A stretch of 64,000 nt of DNA from Nitrospiraceae bacterium (GTDB lineage: Bacteria; Nitrospirota; Nitrospiria; Nitrospirales; Nitrospiraceae), in the NCBI GenBank assembly GCA_050246315.1, contig JBFWWG010000002.1, positions 396,811-460,810 of the forward strand. The letters run 5' to 3'. Each line of letters starts with the position of its first letter. The first letter of the stretch is position 1. Positions 1-10,255 of this stretch are shown piece after piece. The translations under genes were made by a program, and so were the position numbers. The notes beneath the pieces are model-generated. The model was not told the origin of the DNA, did not search any database, and saw nothing but the letters and a program-made list of their open reading frames with translations.

Positions 1-1
1 G

Positions 2-352
2 TCTCCGCGTTCTCTGAGCGAGGAAGACTCCGAGGCCATCTCCGAGTGGCTCCTCACGTTATCAGATGAGGACCTCTCCATCCTTGCCGGCGATCCGGAC
101 GCACACCATCCGATGCTGCAGCACCCGAGCCCTGGTGCCTTTCAATCTACGGATCCCCTGCTGCTCCCGCTCGTCAAGTATTTCAAAGAGCAGCTCCGGC
201 GTTTCCGCTCGAAGGAAGCCGGCTGCCGCCTTCTTTCGAAGGACCATGGATTGAGCGAAGAAGCGCTGCGTTCCGTCGCCATGCAATGTGGCATGCTGCC
301 TGGGACCACTTCTGCCCCCATTCGTTGCTCTCCTCAGGCCCACGCTGCCTGA
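2..352 (+). CDS. Hypothetical protein, 5'-partial (runs in from window edge)
   Basis: Frame is open from base 2 (SPRSLSEEDSEAISEWLL...) and continues into the 113..352 ORF; same strand as the downstream ssb. Confidence 0.5.
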   Translation, partial: SPRSLSEEDSEAISEWLLTLSDEDLSILAGDPDAHHPMLQHPSPGAFQSTDPLLLPLVKYFKEQLRRFRSKEAGCRLLSKDHGLSEEALRSVAMQCGMLPGTTSAPIRCSPQAHAA

Positions 353-527
353 ACTCACCAAGCGGCACAGAGGTTCCCTGCGACGTTGGTTTCCAGGACC
401 CTGTGCGGCATGCGCATCGATAGTTCGGTGCCATAAGGGTAATCAGGTCAGCCAGGTAACCGGCGTGGCGCATTGAGCGTCATGTCTTGTTGTTCACTCA
501 CCACTCACATGTTGGAGGTATGTTCAC

Positions 528-875
528 ATGCGTACGTTCGCCAAAGGCACCATCAACGGCCGTCTCACCACCGACCCCGTCATCCGCACGGTCGGCGACA
601 AGTCGGTCTGCAACCTGCGCCTCGCGGTCGACGGGCTCCCGTCCAGGAAGACCGGCGAGAAGCGGCCCTCGAGTTATTTCTCAGTCGTCGTCTGGGGAAA
701 GCTCGCCGAGAGCTGCCGCAACCTGGTCAAGGGCCAGGAAGTCTACGTGGAAGGCAACCTTCAAACCCGGACGCGAGAGACCGACGGTCAGGCGTCGGTG
801 ACGTATGTCGAGCTCAACGCCAGGACCGTCAACTTCGGCAACCTGCCGAGGTCGGCGATGCAACGGGCCGCGTAA
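528..875 (+). CDS. ssb: Single-stranded DNA-binding protein (OB fold, no acidic tail)
   Basis: GRLTTDP...LAVD...VVVWGKLAE...KGQEVYVEGNLQTR is the SSB pattern; GGAGG RBS upstream. Confidence 0.9.
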   Translation: MRTFAKGTINGRLTTDPVIRTVGDKSVCNLRLAVDGLPSRKTGEKRPSSYFSVVVWGKLAESCRNLVKGQEVYVEGNLQTRTRETDGQASVTYVELNARTVNFGNLPRSAMQRAA

Positions 876-881
876 GCGGAC

Positions 882-935
882 AAAAAAAGGGAGTGCGATC
901 CCCCGATCGTCACGATCGAGCTGGACGCACTCCCT
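882..935 (-). terminator. Intrinsic terminator for the minus-strand operon ending at 1005 (possibly bidirectional)
   Basis: Stem AGGGAGTGCG/CGCACTCCCT with inner CGATCGT/ACGATCG hairpin; A7 run on + gives a U tract on -. Confidence 0.65.
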
Positions 936-1004
936 CACCTGTAGGGAGACCGGAAGGAACTCCGCACCGCCCTGAGTGCAGAATTCCTTCCGTCTCGTTG
1001 CCTG

Positions 1005-2423
1005 TCACCTGCCGCAAGCTCTCTGGAACACGGCCTGGGACACTCCAAACTTCGGACCCAGAATCCGGATTCCAGCCTGCGGATAGATGAAGCGCGCGAG
1101 TTTGACCCGGCACGAATACTTCCACCGCTCGATCTTCACCGAAATCGGCGGCAGGACCCGCTGCATGCCATCGGTCGTGATCTCGGTCAAGAGGTCGGCT
1201 TCCGGCAAGAGCTTCCAGAGGACATCCTCCGGCGCCGCGACCAGCCAATGCGCGACCTCACGCTGCTCCCTCTCTTTCATCCTGACACAGGATTCAGCCG
1301 TGGCCGATGCGGCTGCCCACACCAGATCCATTCGGCTCCCCGACAAGTGGCCGAGTATCGTGGCTTCAAGAAGCCCACAACGCAAGGCCTTGACCGAGAG
1401 GCTTTGCCAGAACCGGTTCTGGAGCGCGATGAGCATGTCATCGGCATCCTCCTGCTCAGATACGTCCTGATCTGCTGATGCTGCTTCGTCGGAGGATTCC
1501 TCGGTTGGTTCCTCACCGCACCTCTCATCGGTTGAGAGGGATGTGGCATCCGTCCTCTCGGGGTCTCGATCCTGTTCCCGATCCGTCTCCGGCACCTCGC
1601 CGAAGAGCAAATCCTCCGCTTCCACTGATCCCAACGCCGCCACCTCCGCAAATTCCTGGGCGACGTCGCTCAACATTGGATCAGGTTCCTGGTCGTCATC
1701 TCGCACCGCCGCCCGTGATAACGCCAGCTCGTTCTGAGCCTGGTCTTCCGCTGGCAGCAGTGTCGTTGTTTCCCTCCACCCGCACAGGCAACTCCGCTCC
1801 AGGATTCCGGATTCGGAGGTCCCAGAGACCACCCGTTCCAGCACCACTGAAGCCTTGCACCGGGGGCATGTCGGTTGTGTGGATACCGATGCGCGAGGTA
1901 AGGGCACCTGATTCTCCGCTTGTAGCCTCGACAGGTGATATCCGAAGCACATCGGACACTGCCGAGGGCCAGTGATCCACGTTCCGCCACGTCGTTCCTC
2001 CTCCGACAACACCACCGGCACTTGAAGACCGCACAGCGGCATTGCCCGGGACAAGTCCAATCGACGACCTCGCCGTCCGTCACGTAGCGTGACATACACG
2101 CTGCGGTATCGACGGCGGAGGACCGGAACCCTGGGTGTGGTCGGTTGATGTTCTTCGTCATAGCGATTCTCCAATGGAGTGCGAGCCGTCTGCATCAGCC
2201 GGTTCGACCAGTCCACTTCCTCCATCTCCGCCAACCGCTGTTCCAGGTTGTAGAGATTGACGGGGTGGATTCTGTGGTTCCCAGTCCGGCACTCCTCGAG
2301 CAACGCCTGCACATCCTCTTTCTCCAGACGTGCGACACGGGTCGCATGGGCTCGTGGAGCCAGAAGGGCCTTGCGAAGTATGGTCCGAATCGCTGTGAGC
2401 TTCGATGTGGTTGTTGTGGTCAT
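1005..2423 (-). CDS. Hypothetical protein with Cys motifs (CPMC, CPRC, CLC) and an acidic linker
   Basis: Long ORF; start moved to ATG 2423 after a GAAGGAGA RBS. Confidence 0.7.
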   Translation of the reverse strand: MTTTTTSKLTAIRTILRKALLAPRAHATRVARLEKEDVQALLEECRTGNHRIHPVNLYNLEQRLAEMEEVDWSNRLMQTARTPLENRYDEEHQPTTPRVPVLRRRYRSVYVTLRDGRRGRRLDLSRAMPLCGLQVPVVLSEEERRGGTWITGPRQCPMCFGYHLSRLQAENQVPLPRASVSTQPTCPRCKASVVLERVVSGTSESGILERSCLCGWRETTTLLPAEDQAQNELALSRAAVRDDDQEPDPMLSDVAQEFAEVAALGSVEAEDLLFGEVPETDREQDRDPERTDATSLSTDERCGEEPTEESSDEAASADQDVSEQEDADDMLIALQNRFWQSLSVKALRCGLLEATILGHLSGSRMDLVWAAASATAESCVRMKEREQREVAHWLVAAPEDVLWKLLPEADLLTEITTDGMQRVLPPISVKIERWKYSCRVKLARFIYPQAGIRILGPKFGVSQAVFQRACGR

Positions 2424-2463
2424 GATGGTGTCTCCTTCGATTGTGGGTGCGACGGTGAATCGG

Positions 2464-2847
2464 TCAACGTTGGCAAACCGGTTCCGCATTGAGGGCCTGC
2501 GAGGCAGTCACGACCGCTTCATGAGCTTCCTGCGACAACCTTGGCAGATCCCTTGGGCTGTAACGGGCAAACGTCATCAAGGCCTCGCGCTCGAAGCGCC
2601 CAAGCCTTGCCGCCCGCGCGACAACTCTCCGTGCGAAGTCGAACTCCCAAGTTTCCGGAATGGTCGCCTGCCCCCTTGTTTGCCTTTGAATCTGGTCCGC
2701 TATGGCACTGACCTTTACAAACTCCCCATCGACTTCGCAGAGTACGTCCCCCGCTGCCGTGTGAACCCGATCCGGTTCGAACAGGGTCGCGAGGATGAAT
2801 TCGCGATGGGACCTGAAGTAGTCGTTCCATTTGTGATGGCTCTCCAT
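2464..2847 (-). CDS. Hypothetical protein
   Basis: AGGAGG RBS before ATG 2847; operon-like spacing with neighbours. Confidence 0.6.
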   Translation of the reverse strand: MESHHKWNDYFRSHREFILATLFEPDRVHTAAGDVLCEVDGEFVKVSAIADQIQRQTRGQATIPETWEFDFARRVVARAARLGRFEREALMTFARYSPRDLPRLSQEAHEAVVTASQALNAEPVCQR

Positions 2848-2910
2848 GATGGCCTCCTGATGAGTGACAAGGATTGACAATCCGCCTGCGCTGCAGTACA
2901 TCGTGAATGG

Positions 2911-3246
2911 ATGCGAGCCTACCGAGTCGAAATCCCGCTCAGCGGGCCTCTCCACGATGAAGCTGAGGTTCTGCTGCTGGAGTCACAGAGCGGTGACACC
3001 GGACGCGACGACCTCAAGCGACGCATGCGCGACTGGTTCGATCGAGTCCTGCGCTATTGGAATTTCCAGCCGACGCCGGTCCTGTGTCCCAGATGCCAGA
3101 CTCGACTGGACACGCTGTATCCGAAAGGTTCGCGAGAAGATTGTGATTTGTGGGTACTTGAGATGAACGGGAAGGGACCGGCGATCATCTACACCTGTCT
3201 CTCATGTCGAGAGCGGGTGCCGATGCCGATTGGCGTCCTGACCTGA
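2911..3246 (+). CDS. Small putative zinc-ribbon protein
   Basis: CPRC...CLSC pair; lies opposite its neighbours and has a weak RBS. Confidence 0.4.
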   Translation: MRAYRVEIPLSGPLHDEAEVLLLESQSGDTGRDDLKRRMRDWFDRVLRYWNFQPTPVLCPRCQTRLDTLYPKGSREDCDLWVLEMNGKGPAIIYTCLSCRERVPMPIGVLT

Positions 3247-3441
3247 GACGACCTGCCGCAACTTTCCCAACAGGCCATCTCCCAGAATTACCTCGTCATC
3301 GAGCGTACTAAGGTACAACCGCACTTTTTCCGGTTCGCTCTGCGCACGTTCCACCAAGTGTCGATAGGTTCGTCGCGCATGCCGGATGTCCCCTAGAAGC
3401 ATTTCCCACGCCTGTTTTTCGTTCTTGCTCATGCCTGCCAT
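3202..3441 (-). CDS. Small hypothetical protein
   Basis: GGAGG RBS before ATG 3441; helical-looking sequence. Confidence 0.5.
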   Translation of the reverse strand: MAGMSKNEKQAWEMLLGDIRHARRTYRHLVERAQSEPEKVRLYLSTLDDEVILGDGLLGKLRQVVSGQDANRHRHPLST

Positions 3442-3964
3442 AGGCGTACCTCCACAACAAGGATGTGCTGAACTCAGCACGGGGCCGGAGCCCAGGTTGA
3501 GTCATGCGATGTCTGTGATCGCTATGAGGTGACTTGATCTGATGCAGGAGAGAACAGATGGAAGGATGGTTTTGAGGAGTTGGACGGTTGTGAGCGGTGC
3601 TGTCCTGCCGATAATCTGATTATGGTACTGTCATGATGTCCTCCTTTCCTGTGGGCTGAAGCCGCTGCCGGTGCGATGCGAATAAGCAAGCCGCATCCAT
3701 GTGGAGACACACGAGGGGCGTCTCACTCACATGAGCCAGCGGTCAGATGAATGTTGGGAATGATGTTGAACTGTGTGAAGTGTGAAACTGTTCCTGCGCA
3801 GGGCGCGCAATCGCTGCTGAAGGGATCGTGCGCTGTCCACGATGATCAGTCGTGAAACGACAGCATCACGATGATGAGAAGAATTGAGAAAGGTTCTGCC
3901 GCGTGAAGTACTCCGGCAGACAGATGATTCGGCGAGTGCCTACTAAAAGAAGTAAAGTGGCTTT

Positions 3965-3993
3965 ATCCTACGGTTCTGCGCGACGAGTTGCAA
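3965..3993 (-). promoter_or_regulatory. Sigma70-like promoter TTGCAA-N17-TAGGAT
   Basis: Near-consensus hexamers with 17-nt spacer in the intergenic region, pointing at the 3441-1005 genes. Confidence 0.5.
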
Positions 3994-4302
3994 GAGTTTG
4001 GCGCGTGCATCGAGCAATTTTTTTGCGCGGGCAACATGCATAACTGAGACCAACCCCACGTGACCGGAACTGAACGTTCTTAACTCCAATCACACCTCAC
4101 CCAGCCGGTGCGAACACTCCGCGCACTGGTCCCGGCTGGTTTCAGATCGTTCGCGGACCAACATAGAGACTTCACGCGACAACGCCACGCGGCTTCACGT
4201 TGTTCTCTGTCTTTGCCCGTCCGCCCTCCGGCGCTCGTCCCGAGCGCAGGTTCAATCACCCGATGCTCTGTGCGCTTATCTTCGGCACTCAAGGGAGATG
4301 TC

Positions 4303-6768
4303 ATGCAGACTCCGGCAGGATGGACCACTCCAGAAGTGCACCACGTGGACCACCGCACCCTTGTCCGCATGATTGAATCCTTTCGCCAGGCCATCGCAGA
4401 CGAGCTGCGCGCTCGACAACCCCAAAGCAGTACGGACAGCTTCACCTTCCCGATCCGCAACGGCCGCCTCCAACACCGTGCCGGGCGGACCTCCTACTTT
4501 CTCTTCGACTGCCAGCCGATCCCTGACCACATTCTGGAGGATACCCATCCTTCTCTCCTACTGAACGACCAGCGTCTTCCTTGCCGAGTCGTTGGACTCT
4601 CGATCGACGGCCTGGCACTGGCGCTGGATACTGAACTGCAGTCGGAAATACCCCAAGCGCATCTCACCTTTGACTCCATCAAGCTCTTGCAGGCCCTGGA
4701 CAAACGTCTGGTCCAGATCCTGCGCCAGCCGGCCGACTTCAACACAGCACTCAGCCTCAAGGCCTTCCAGCCCGATGCCGTCCCCAGACTCGTGAATTCC
4801 GTGGGCATTGCCGCACCCTCGTCCTTAAACAAAGAACAGGCAGCGGCCTTCGCATGCGCGCTACGGGACGATCTCCTGTTCGTCCTCGGTCCTCCGGGAA
4901 CCGGGAAAAGTGAATTGATCAGTGCCCTTGCTCACGCGTTCCTTCAGCTCGGCCAGCGGGTGTTGATCTGCTCTCCGACGAACACCGCCATCGATCACAT
5001 CCTCGACCTTGTGCTCGATAAGTTGCCGGATTGTCCCACCGGGACGATCGTTCGCGTAGGAGCTCCAAGCCCCGACATCTCCAAGCGAAGCCAAACAACC
5101 AGTCTTGAGGCCCTGGTACTGGACTACACGACCGCTATCGAAGCAACCGTTGAGCCTCTACGGAAGCAACTCAGCGCCCTGGAAGCCGACCTGCCCGGGC
5201 TTGAAAGCCTGCTCCAGGATGCTCGGCAGGTCAGCATCTGCCAGCGCACCGTCGCCGAGCTGCAGCAACGGCATGATCTGCTCGTCGCCCACGAGGAGCA
5301 GCTCCTCAGCGCGATCGCAAGGGTTCGAAGCGAGTTGGAAGAGGCCCACCACCGCCTGGCGTCCCTGCGGGCCCTGCCCTTTGTGTTCAGGCTACTGCAG
5401 CAACGGCAGATCGCGCAGACGGAACAATTCATTCTGGAAGAAACTCCTGAGCAAGCCAGGCGGTATGCGGCCCTCCGGATGCTCGAACAAGATCTGCGCC
5501 AATCACGGCGACTCATCCAGGACGCTCAGGAAGGGGAGCGAGCAGCCAGAGAGCATCTCCCCTTTTCCGTGGACCACTTCACCCTTGATGAACTCGAACT
5601 GCTGGTCTGCGTCACGCAGCACAAGACCCGCGAGCTCCGGCAGACCGTCACAGATGGAGGGCGGCGCATTGCGGAGATCGAACGTACGATCATCAACCGA
5701 AGCCGGATCATTGCGACAACCTTGACCCGGACCTATGCCTCCAAATTGCTCAGTCCCGAACGGTTCGACGTCGTGATCCTGGATGAGGCGAGTATGGGCT
5801 TGCCGCCCGCCGTCTTTGCCGCCTCGTGTCTCGCGACCAAGAAGCTGATCATCGTCGGCGACTATCTCCAATTGCCCCCAATCACAGTAGCCAAGACCGA
5901 GCACACCAAAGCGTGGCTCGCAAGGGATATTTATCAGATCGCGCAGATCACGTCCGGACAGGATCAGCGGGTCGTGTCGCTCGCCACCCAGTACCGGATG
6001 CATCCGGATATCGCACGGGTTGCCGCGCGCCTGTATGCCCGCGCCGGCCTCGCCTATCAGTCGGCCGCCCACATGGGGGCAGCCCGTCGGCCCTTAACGG
6101 CCTATGCGCCCGCTCCCGGTCAGCCCTTGATCGTCTTGGACACGGCCGGCGCCGATCCCCTGACCAAACGGGACCGCAGAGGGTCGCCCTATAACCTCTA
6201 CCACGCCATGCTCGCTGTGCGGCTTGCCATGCAAACCGTATCGACCCCGGGCGAGGCGCCCTCCGTCAGCATCATCGCGCCCTATCGCGCCCAGGTCGAT
6301 CTGATCGAGCGATTGCTTCGCCTTCAAGGGCTGGCAGACTTGGTCCAGGCCGGAACGGTCCACCGCTTCCAAGGGCGCCAGAGCGATGTCGTCATCTTCG
6401 ACACGGTCACGACGGCCAACATCGCACGGACCATGCTCGGGTGGGGACACGAAGATGCAGCGCCGCACAAGCTCATCAACGTCGCGATCACGCGCGCGAA
6501 AGGAAAGCTCATCCTCATCGGCCACGCCGGGGCGCTCGAAGAACTCCAACGGAGTCCCGAACCGCTGCTCTGGGACTTTCTTCAACTGGCCCGGGAATAC
6601 GGCATCATCGTGGCGGCGACGTCGCTGCTCGCGGCGGTCCCGGATATCCACCTGGATTCCACTCAGCAAACCGACCAGTTGCTGACTGAAGCGTTCGGGC
6701 GGTCGCAAACGGGCAGCCAGAATCTCCGCCTGGTCGAGGCCGCGTCTCGGGCCCTTCAAGTCTCCTAG
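4303..6768 (+). CDS. SF1B (Upf1/DNA2-NAM7-like) helicase with coiled-coil insertion
   Basis: GPPGTGKS, SPTNTAID, ILDEASM, GDYLQLPP, QYRMHP, PYRAQ, TVHRFQGRQ, NVAITRAK; AAGGGAG RBS before ATG 4303. Confidence 0.92.
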   Translation: MQTPAGWTTPEVHHVDHRTLVRMIESFRQAIADELRARQPQSSTDSFTFPIRNGRLQHRAGRTSYFLFDCQPIPDHILEDTHPSLLLNDQRLPCRVVGLSIDGLALALDTELQSEIPQAHLTFDSIKLLQALDKRLVQILRQPADFNTALSLKAFQPDAVPRLVNSVGIAAPSSLNKEQAAAFACALRDDLLFVLGPPGTGKSELISALAHAFLQLGQRVLICSPTNTAIDHILDLVLDKLPDCPTGTIVRVGAPSPDISKRSQTTSLEALVLDYTTAIEATVEPLRKQLSALEADLPGLESLLQDARQVSICQRTVAELQQRHDLLVAHEEQLLSAIARVRSELEEAHHRLASLRALPFVFRLLQQRQIAQTEQFILEETPEQARRYAALRMLEQDLRQSRRLIQDAQEGERAAREHLPFSVDHFTLDELELLVCVTQHKTRELRQTVTDGGRRIAEIERTIINRSRIIATTLTRTYASKLLSPERFDVVILDEASMGLPPAVFAASCLATKKLIIVGDYLQLPPITVAKTEHTKAWLARDIYQIAQITSGQDQRVVSLATQYRMHPDIARVAARLYARAGLAYQSAAHMGAARRPLTAYAPAPGQPLIVLDTAGADPLTKRDRRGSPYNLYHAMLAVRLAMQTVSTPGEAPSVSIIAPYRAQVDLIERLLRLQGLADLVQAGTVHRFQGRQSDVVIFDTVTTANIARTMLGWGHEDAAPHKLINVAITRAKGKLILIGHAGALEELQRSPEPLLWDFLQLAREYGIIVAATSLLAAVPDIHLDSTQQTDQLLTEAFGRSQTGSQNLRLVEAASRALQVS

Positions 6769-6882
6769 CTTCCACCAGACGGTCGCGAAGCCGAGTGCCG
6801 CTCAGGGCCGCAGGGCGGCCAGGCCGGTCTGCTGATCACCTGTACAGGCAGAAGCAAGTATCCAGAGAAGGAGGCGATCAGC

Positions 6883-7452
6883 ATGGTCCTCTCCATCATG
6901 GTCTCCGGCCACAGACCCGGCAAGTTAGGCGGCTACACCGTCAATCCCATCGGCAGCCGCATCCGTCGAGAGCTCCATGACATCATGGCCAAGACGCGGC
7001 GTCGATTTGGCTGCTGCGTAGGCATCACGGGTATGGCCCAAGGTGTCGACCAGTGGTTCGCGGAAGTCTGCCGCGACCTCTCTATCCCCTACATCGCGTA
7101 CATACCTTTCCCCGGACAGGAACGGTTGTGGCCTCCGGATGCTCAACATCACTACCGCCAGTTGGTAGCCGATGCTTTCGAAGTCCGCGTCGGTCCGTCC
7201 GCGAGCACAAAGCCCGACATTATCGCCGCGCTTCAGCGGAGGAATTCCGAGATGGTGAGCGGATGTCATGCGGCAATCGCGGTATGGGATGGATCTTCCG
7301 GTGGAACCGCCGATGCTGTGAGAAAACTCACGGACCTAGGCCGGCCACTCCTTCGGCTGGACCCGCGCCAGCCTTTCGATCCTGCAACCGTTGATCACTG
7401 GCTCGATACATTGTCGGAATTCGCTTCATCTGCCAGGAGGCATCTTCCATGA
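6883..7452 (+). CDS. SLOG-superfamily protein, YspA/DUF1273-like
   Basis: SGHRP, TGMAQGVDQWFAE, PFPGQERLW, RN..MV, AVWDGSSGGTAD; AGGAGG RBS. Confidence 0.85.
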   Translation: MVLSIMVSGHRPGKLGGYTVNPIGSRIRRELHDIMAKTRRRFGCCVGITGMAQGVDQWFAEVCRDLSIPYIAYIPFPGQERLWPPDAQHHYRQLVADAFEVRVGPSASTKPDIIAALQRRNSEMVSGCHAAIAVWDGSSGGTADAVRKLTDLGRPLLRLDPRQPFDPATVDHWLDTLSEFASSARRHLP

Positions 7453-7925
7453 CTCTTGATCATCCGCCTCTTACCCACGACGAACGGAAAGCCGCCGAAG
7501 CTGCCTTCCAAGACCGCCCATTCAATCCCATGTGGTCGCAGAAGGCCCAACGCATCTATGACGGCATCCGTGCGGCGCAAGCCAATCGCCCTACCAAGAG
7601 CCAGGCTGCGGATGTTGTGCCTCCAGTTCGAACCACCATCGCCAGTCCGTCGTCTGATTTGCATTACTCCGATTCGGCTCCCTTCATTCCTCGGATTGCA
7701 CAAGTTTGGATGCTCGAATATCAGGACACGAAGGAGCGCCGCCTGGAAGTGTGTCCAGGTGCCACGTCGATCGAGCAGCTCTTGAAGGTCTTTCGGCGGA
7801 GAGCTCACGGCCGCTCGTTCACGATCCAGATGGTTGATGTTGCCAGCATGTCACTCCCCCAGGCCAGCATTTCCTCCTGCAGTCACGATGCGCGCCGCAT
7901 CGACCAGGACGGATTCCTGGCATGA
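7449..7925 (+). CDS. Hypothetical protein
   Basis: ATGA overlap with the SLOG gene stop suggests translational coupling. Confidence 0.6.
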   Translation: MTLDHPPLTHDERKAAEAAFQDRPFNPMWSQKAQRIYDGIRAAQANRPTKSQAADVVPPVRTTIASPSSDLHYSDSAPFIPRIAQVWMLEYQDTKERRLEVCPGATSIEQLLKVFRRRAHGRSFTIQMVDVASMSLPQASISSCSHDARRIDQDGFLA

Positions 7926-8043
7926 GCACGACCGATGCACACCATGTTCATGCTTCTGTAGCAGGTGGACCTTGATGTGGCCCGCTGCGCGGGCATTGTC
8001 TCAGGCTCGGCGTATCTGGTAGACGAACAGCCAGGAGGACACC

Positions 8044-8808
8044 ATGACGCTCCAGGAATTGGCAGATGCCATGACCAGCGGACTCCAAGAGCAAGGGATC
8101 ATCGCTATGTCGGGCCCGTCGATGAACAACCAGTACGCTGCCAAACTGCTTGTCCAGATGCAGAACGGACCCAGTCTCGGTGCTCTTAAGCTTTATGTCG
8201 GCAAACGCGGCCCCACCCTGGTCCCTGATGAATTGCACTCCTGTCCACCGGACGTACGATCACGCATCTTGGAAGTCTGGGAGCGCATCTCAGGCCGGCT
8301 CTCTACTTCTCCGGGTGGTCGCGACTCCTTCGCAATCGATCCCTCGGTCGTTCAGGTCTGGGTGGATGGAGCCTGTCTGCAGGCGCCGCTCGGATTCCGG
8401 TTCGGCTGGGCGTTTGTCATCCAGCAAGGTGATCGGGAATTGCACCGGGACTCCGGCAGCCTTCTGCGGAGCGGCGCATTCGAACATCGCAATGTCGGAG
8501 CGGAACTCGAGGCCGCGACCCGCGCGCTCACCTGGTGTCTTCTCAACGGATACAAGCAGGTCACCGTGTACCACGATTACAAGGGCATCGCCGCCTGGCC
8601 AACCGGCGCTTGGCGGGCCAATACCCCGTCGACCTGCGAGTACGCCCGGTTCGTCAAAGCCCTACGGCTTGAGGTCACCTGGCAGAAGGTTCCCGCGCAC
8701 CAGGGGATTGCGATGAATGAACTGGTTGATCAACTCGCCAACCGCGCAGCAGCCGAGAGTCCTGCTCTTCCTATTCCCGCAAGCTCGACTCCTGATCCCG
8801 TCATGTGA
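8044..8808 (+). CDS. rnhA: Ribonuclease HI with an extra N-terminal domain
   Basis: WVDGAC, RNVGAELEA, YHDYKGI..W..G.W.A, WQKVPAHQG...NELVDQLA (DEDD catalytic set); AGGAGG RBS. Confidence 0.88.
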   Translation: MTLQELADAMTSGLQEQGIIAMSGPSMNNQYAAKLLVQMQNGPSLGALKLYVGKRGPTLVPDELHSCPPDVRSRILEVWERISGRLSTSPGGRDSFAIDPSVVQVWVDGACLQAPLGFRFGWAFVIQQGDRELHRDSGSLLRSGAFEHRNVGAELEAATRALTWCLLNGYKQVTVYHDYKGIAAWPTGAWRANTPSTCEYARFVKALRLEVTWQKVPAHQGIAMNELVDQLANRAAAESPALPIPASSTPDPVM

Positions 8809-9039
8809 AACTCACCCTTCCGCGCACCTCTTTTTTTCCACCGTCCAACCTTCTGAGCGGTCATCAGGCCCGCTGCGCGGGCAGCATGTCCGAAGTTGTG
8901 ACAGGGGCCTGAGACCATCTCACGAATCAGACCACGTTGCATGTCGACTTCGGTGAACGGCCGAGGCTCGGGCCTGTCGTTCCCTATTGCTCTGCCATCC
9001 CCGCAGGGTCTTTGTTCACCCATGAAAAGGAGTGTTGCG

Positions 9040-9429
9040 ATGAGCACTGCGACCGCTGATTCCGGAACGGACCGGAAACTATTCAAAGATACGAACAAGC
9101 TTGAGATGACCGGGCGGCTTGCGAGGAACCCGGAGATCCGCTACCGAGCCAATAGCCAGGCTGTGACCACATTCGACCTCTGCAGCACTGAGGAGTATCC
9201 GGTGCAAGGGGAAGTGCGAAAGCGGGAATGCTGGGTCACGGTCGTCATGTACGGCCCCGACGGCGAGAAGTTCGCCGGTGAAGGCCAAAAAGGCGATTGG
9301 ATCGGCATCATCGGCAAGCTCCAACAGCGTCGCTGGGAAACCGAGGATGGCCAGAAGCGCGCGAAGCATGAGATCGTCGCGTTCTCCGCCGAGGTCAAGC
9401 GCAAGGCTCGCACGAGCACCCCGAGCTGA
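9040..9429 (+). CDS. ssb: Second single-stranded DNA-binding protein (no acidic tail)
   Basis: NKLEMTGRLARNPEIRY...KGDWIGIIGKLQQRRWETEDGQKR; AAGGAG RBS before ATG 9040. Confidence 0.9.
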   Translation: MSTATADSGTDRKLFKDTNKLEMTGRLARNPEIRYRANSQAVTTFDLCSTEEYPVQGEVRKRECWVTVVMYGPDGEKFAGEGQKGDWIGIIGKLQQRRWETEDGQKRAKHEIVAFSAEVKRKARTSTPS

Positions 9430-9806
9430 TCCACTACAACCGGGCGGCTTCCTACCGTGGATCTGACCACCGCTTTTTCGAGAGCCATTATGACGCTCTC
9501 CACCCTGGGCCATGGGGACTAACATGGCCACCCCCTTGGCACCCAATCCTTCAGAGGCGCGCAATGGACATCTTCGATTCTGCATTTGTCGGAATCCTGC
9601 AATTCATGGTTGCCTCCGTCACCCTGGGTACCGTCCTTGGCTCGATCGCGATCTACGTCTTCCAGACCCAGGAGAGACGGGTGGCTCGTCGTACGCTCTT
9701 CATCCACATTCCGCCGCACTATCCACTCGGCCGCTTCCGGTAACAACCAGCTCAGACTCGCTGCGCTCGTAGGTCACACCTCCCGGGTAATACATGGAGG
9801 TGCACC

Positions 9807-10136
9807 ATGACTGTACTGACCCGCGGACAAATCAAGCCGGGCGTGATCGGCATCGATACGACCGTGAAGTCTGCCATCGGACTGTGGCGATCCTTCGCCC
9901 CGACGTGGTCTATGGTAATGGGCTGGAAGCGCGGAGAACTCACCTGGGAGCAGTACGTCTCGCAGTACGGTGCGATCCTCGCTCGTGTTCCGGATGTTGT
10001 CTGGAACACCCTGGCCGCGCAACCTGAAGCCCGGTTGCTCTGTTATTGTCGTGACGGCGTACCCTGTCACACGCACCTCATTATCGCGTATGCGGTCGGC
10101 ATCTGGCCGGACCGCTTTCGCGACGGACGCACGTGA
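9807..10136 (+). CDS. DUF488-like protein
   Basis: FAPTW...TWEQY...Y and LLCYC...CH motif; GGAGG RBS. Confidence 0.6.
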   Translation: MTVLTRGQIKPGVIGIDTTVKSAIGLWRSFAPTWSMVMGWKRGELTWEQYVSQYGAILARVPDVVWNTLAAQPEARLLCYCRDGVPCHTHLIIAYAVGIWPDRFRDGRT

Positions 10137-10255
10137 ATCGTTTCTCGTGTTCCGCCTCCCCTTGAGGTAGATGTTCCCGCCTCCGAGTTGGAGGCCGCCG
10201 CAGACGGCGGCAGGAACTCACCGTGATGACTCTCGTCCAACCCAGGAGGAAAAGA

